Shown here piece after piece: positions 22,951-24,317 of a stretch of 24,317 bases of DNA. The notes beneath the pieces were generated by a model. That model ran no database searches and was not told where the DNA came from. It saw only the letters and a program-made list of their open reading frames with translations. Location of the stretch: assembly GCA_034722055.1 (NCBI GenBank), contig JAYENL010000247.1, positions 1 to 24,317 of the forward strand, in the 5' to 3' direction. The stretch's first letter is position 1. Each line of letters opens with the position of its first letter. The position numbers and the translations under genes are program-made. The stretch is from Armatimonadota bacterium (GTDB taxonomy: Bacteria; Armatimonadota; Zipacnadia; Zipacnadales; UBA5352).

Positions 22951-23991
22951 ATGAGCACTGTGAGAGGCGTCCTTGCTCTGACGATGGCGGTGGCGTGCGC
23001 GGCGTATGCCGAGCCCCCGCTGTCCATCGAGTGGTCCACGGGGCCGGAGATGCTGCAGGCCACGGCGGGCGGGATGACGGGCATCATCGGCGACGACATG
23101 ATCGTGGCCGGAGGGACCTTCTGGCATACCCCGGAGAGCAAGCGGGTCGTGAAGTGGACACAGGTCTACGATACCTCCGAGGGTGAGTGGCGGATGGGCC
23201 CGGATCTGCCGGCTGAGCGGGCATACGCCTTCAGCGCGGTGATCGGCAATCGGATGTACGTGATGGGCGGCTGCGGCCAGGACATGCAGCCGGTGGCGGA
23301 CGGGTTGATCCTCTCGCCGGCGCGGGGCGAGGGGGGCCTGGAGTACGAGTGGTCACCGGGCCCCGGTCTGGCCCTGCCGGCCAACTACATGATGGGCGGG
23401 GCGGTGGGCAGGACGATCTACTGCACTGGAGGCGCCAACGCTGACCTCAGCGAGACCTACCACGCGGTCTACTCCCTCGACACCGCTGAGGCGGACGCGC
23501 AGTGGCAGGAGCTGGCGGAGATGCCCGGCCCCCCGACCACGATCCTGGCCGCCACCACCTGCGGCGGGGACCTGTACGCCTTCGGTGGCTACCGGGTTGA
23601 CCGCGATCCAGGCGAGAACGTCGATGACGCCTGGAAGTTCGACGTCAGCGAGGGCGCCTGGACGCGCATCCGCGACCTGCCCTTCGCGGGCCGGGCACTG
23701 ACCGCCCTGGCCTACGATGAGCGCCACATCATGATCTTCGGGCCCTACGTGCAGAGCGCGCGCGAGGCCGCCATCCACGGACAGGACCACGGTCACAGCG
23801 GCGCGGTGCTGCTCTATGACACCGAGCGAGACCGTTACGAGTTCCTGGAGCCGATGCCACATTCAGTGGTGGAGATCTTCTTCGGCCTGCGTGGCAACAC
23901 CCTCTACGGCGCTGGCGGCGAGTGGCTCTACAAGATCCGCTCGCCGTTCCTGCTGATCGGGGAGGTCGGGCCGGGAGCCGAGGAGCAGTAA
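22951..23991 (+). CDS. Secreted six-bladed Kelch-repeat protein, NanM-like (sialic acid mutarotase-like), ~346 aa
   Basis: SD GGAGGAG (22935-22941). Signal peptide ...LTMAVACAAYA|EP. Six Kelch blades: IVAGG, YVMGG, YCTGG, YAFGG, MIFGP and YGAGG. The last blade reads GGEWLYKIRSP (E-x5-R). Alternative start is GTG 22945. Confidence 0.8.
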   Translation: MSTVRGVLALTMAVACAAYAEPPLSIEWSTGPEMLQATAGGMTGIIGDDMIVAGGTFWHTPESKRVVKWTQVYDTSEGEWRMGPDLPAERAYAFSAVIGNRMYVMGGCGQDMQPVADGLILSPARGEGGLEYEWSPGPGLALPANYMMGGAVGRTIYCTGGANADLSETYHAVYSLDTAEADAQWQELAEMPGPPTTILAATTCGGDLYAFGGYRVDRDPGENVDDAWKFDVSEGAWTRIRDLPFAGRALTALAYDERHIMIFGPYVQSAREAAIHGQDHGHSGAVLLYDTERDRYEFLEPMPHSVVEIFFGLRGNTLYGAGGEWLYKIRSPFLLIGEVGPGAEEQ

Positions 23992-24095
23992 CTGTCAGCC
24001 GAGGGCGCGCATCCGCCGGCCGGCGGGCGTCCCCGACCGTGTCTGCCGTAGGCGCTGTGTGCGTTCAGGCACTGACTGCTGGAGGTGGCCAAGGC

Positions 24096-24317
24096 GTGTC
24101 TCGCGTGTCAATCACGATTGTGCTGCTTGCCGCCATGACAGGGTGGTGTACGATGGTGACCCCGACCAATGCCCGTGCAGATGACGACGGTCCCGAGGTG
24201 ATCGAGGAGGGCGGGCTGACGAAGATCCGCCTGCTCCCGCCGGGGGAGGACAATCCGCGCAACTCCGAGGGAGACTTCGTGACCCTCGAGGACGGCCAGA
24301 TCATGTTCGTCTACACC
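24096..24317 (+). CDS. 5' part of a secreted sialidase-family (BNR) protein, truncated by the window edge
   Basis: SD GGAGGTG (24081-24087) and GTG at 24096. The frame is open to the edge: MSRVSITIVLLAAMTGWCTMVTPTNARA|DDDGPEVIEEGGLTKIRLLPPGEDNPRNSEGDFVTLEDGQIMFVYT. NPRNSEGDF..L.DG.I.FVY is an N-terminal motif I recognise from sialidase-like propellers. It is not in the ORF track. Confidence 0.72.
   Translation, partial: MSRVSITIVLLAAMTGWCTMVTPTNARADDDGPEVIEEGGLTKIRLLPPGEDNPRNSEGDFVTLEDGQIMFVYT

Noticed and set aside
18098..23991. Assigning gene symbols nanA, dapA, nanH or nanM
   Set aside because: The folds match but the diagnostic motifs diverge. Orthology cannot be established without searches.
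24065..24304. 79-aa minus-strand ORF at the right edge
   Set aside because: It is antisense to the plus-strand partial gene, which has an SD, a signal peptide and a recognisable motif.

Overview
A gene-dense, GC-rich (roughly 70% by eye) bacterial window made almost entirely of carbohydrate-catabolism genes. It holds 12 complete long CDS, one 51-aa small ORF missed by the ORF track, and one CDS truncated at the right edge. I saw no RNA genes, CRISPR arrays or transposases. The left arm (174-12430, minus strand) encodes a secreted SGNH-type esterase, two secreted GH42/clan-A-like multidomain glycosidases and a secreted DUF6259-like putative glycosidase. The right arm (12648-24317) encodes a GHL10-like glycosidase, three unrelated Asp-box (sialidase-fold) proteins plus a probable fourth at the edge, a double FG-GAP beta-propeller protein, a Kelch protein with the NanM-type E-x5-R motif, and two DHDPS/N-acetylneuraminate-lyase-family class I aldolases. 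One aldolase is cytoplasmic and near-canonical. The other has a twin-arginine signal peptide and a remodelled active site. The best candidate for an undescribed system is a two-compartment catabolic toolkit for an ulosonic or sialic-acid-like sugar that is probably not plain Neu5Ac. Three genes also have a signal peptide followed by an internal Shine-Dalgarno (SD) site and ATG, which could give exported and cytoplasmic isoforms. All family assignments come from motif recognition by eye, with no database search. The gene style resembles Armatimonadota or Planctomycetota genomes, but that is only an impression.
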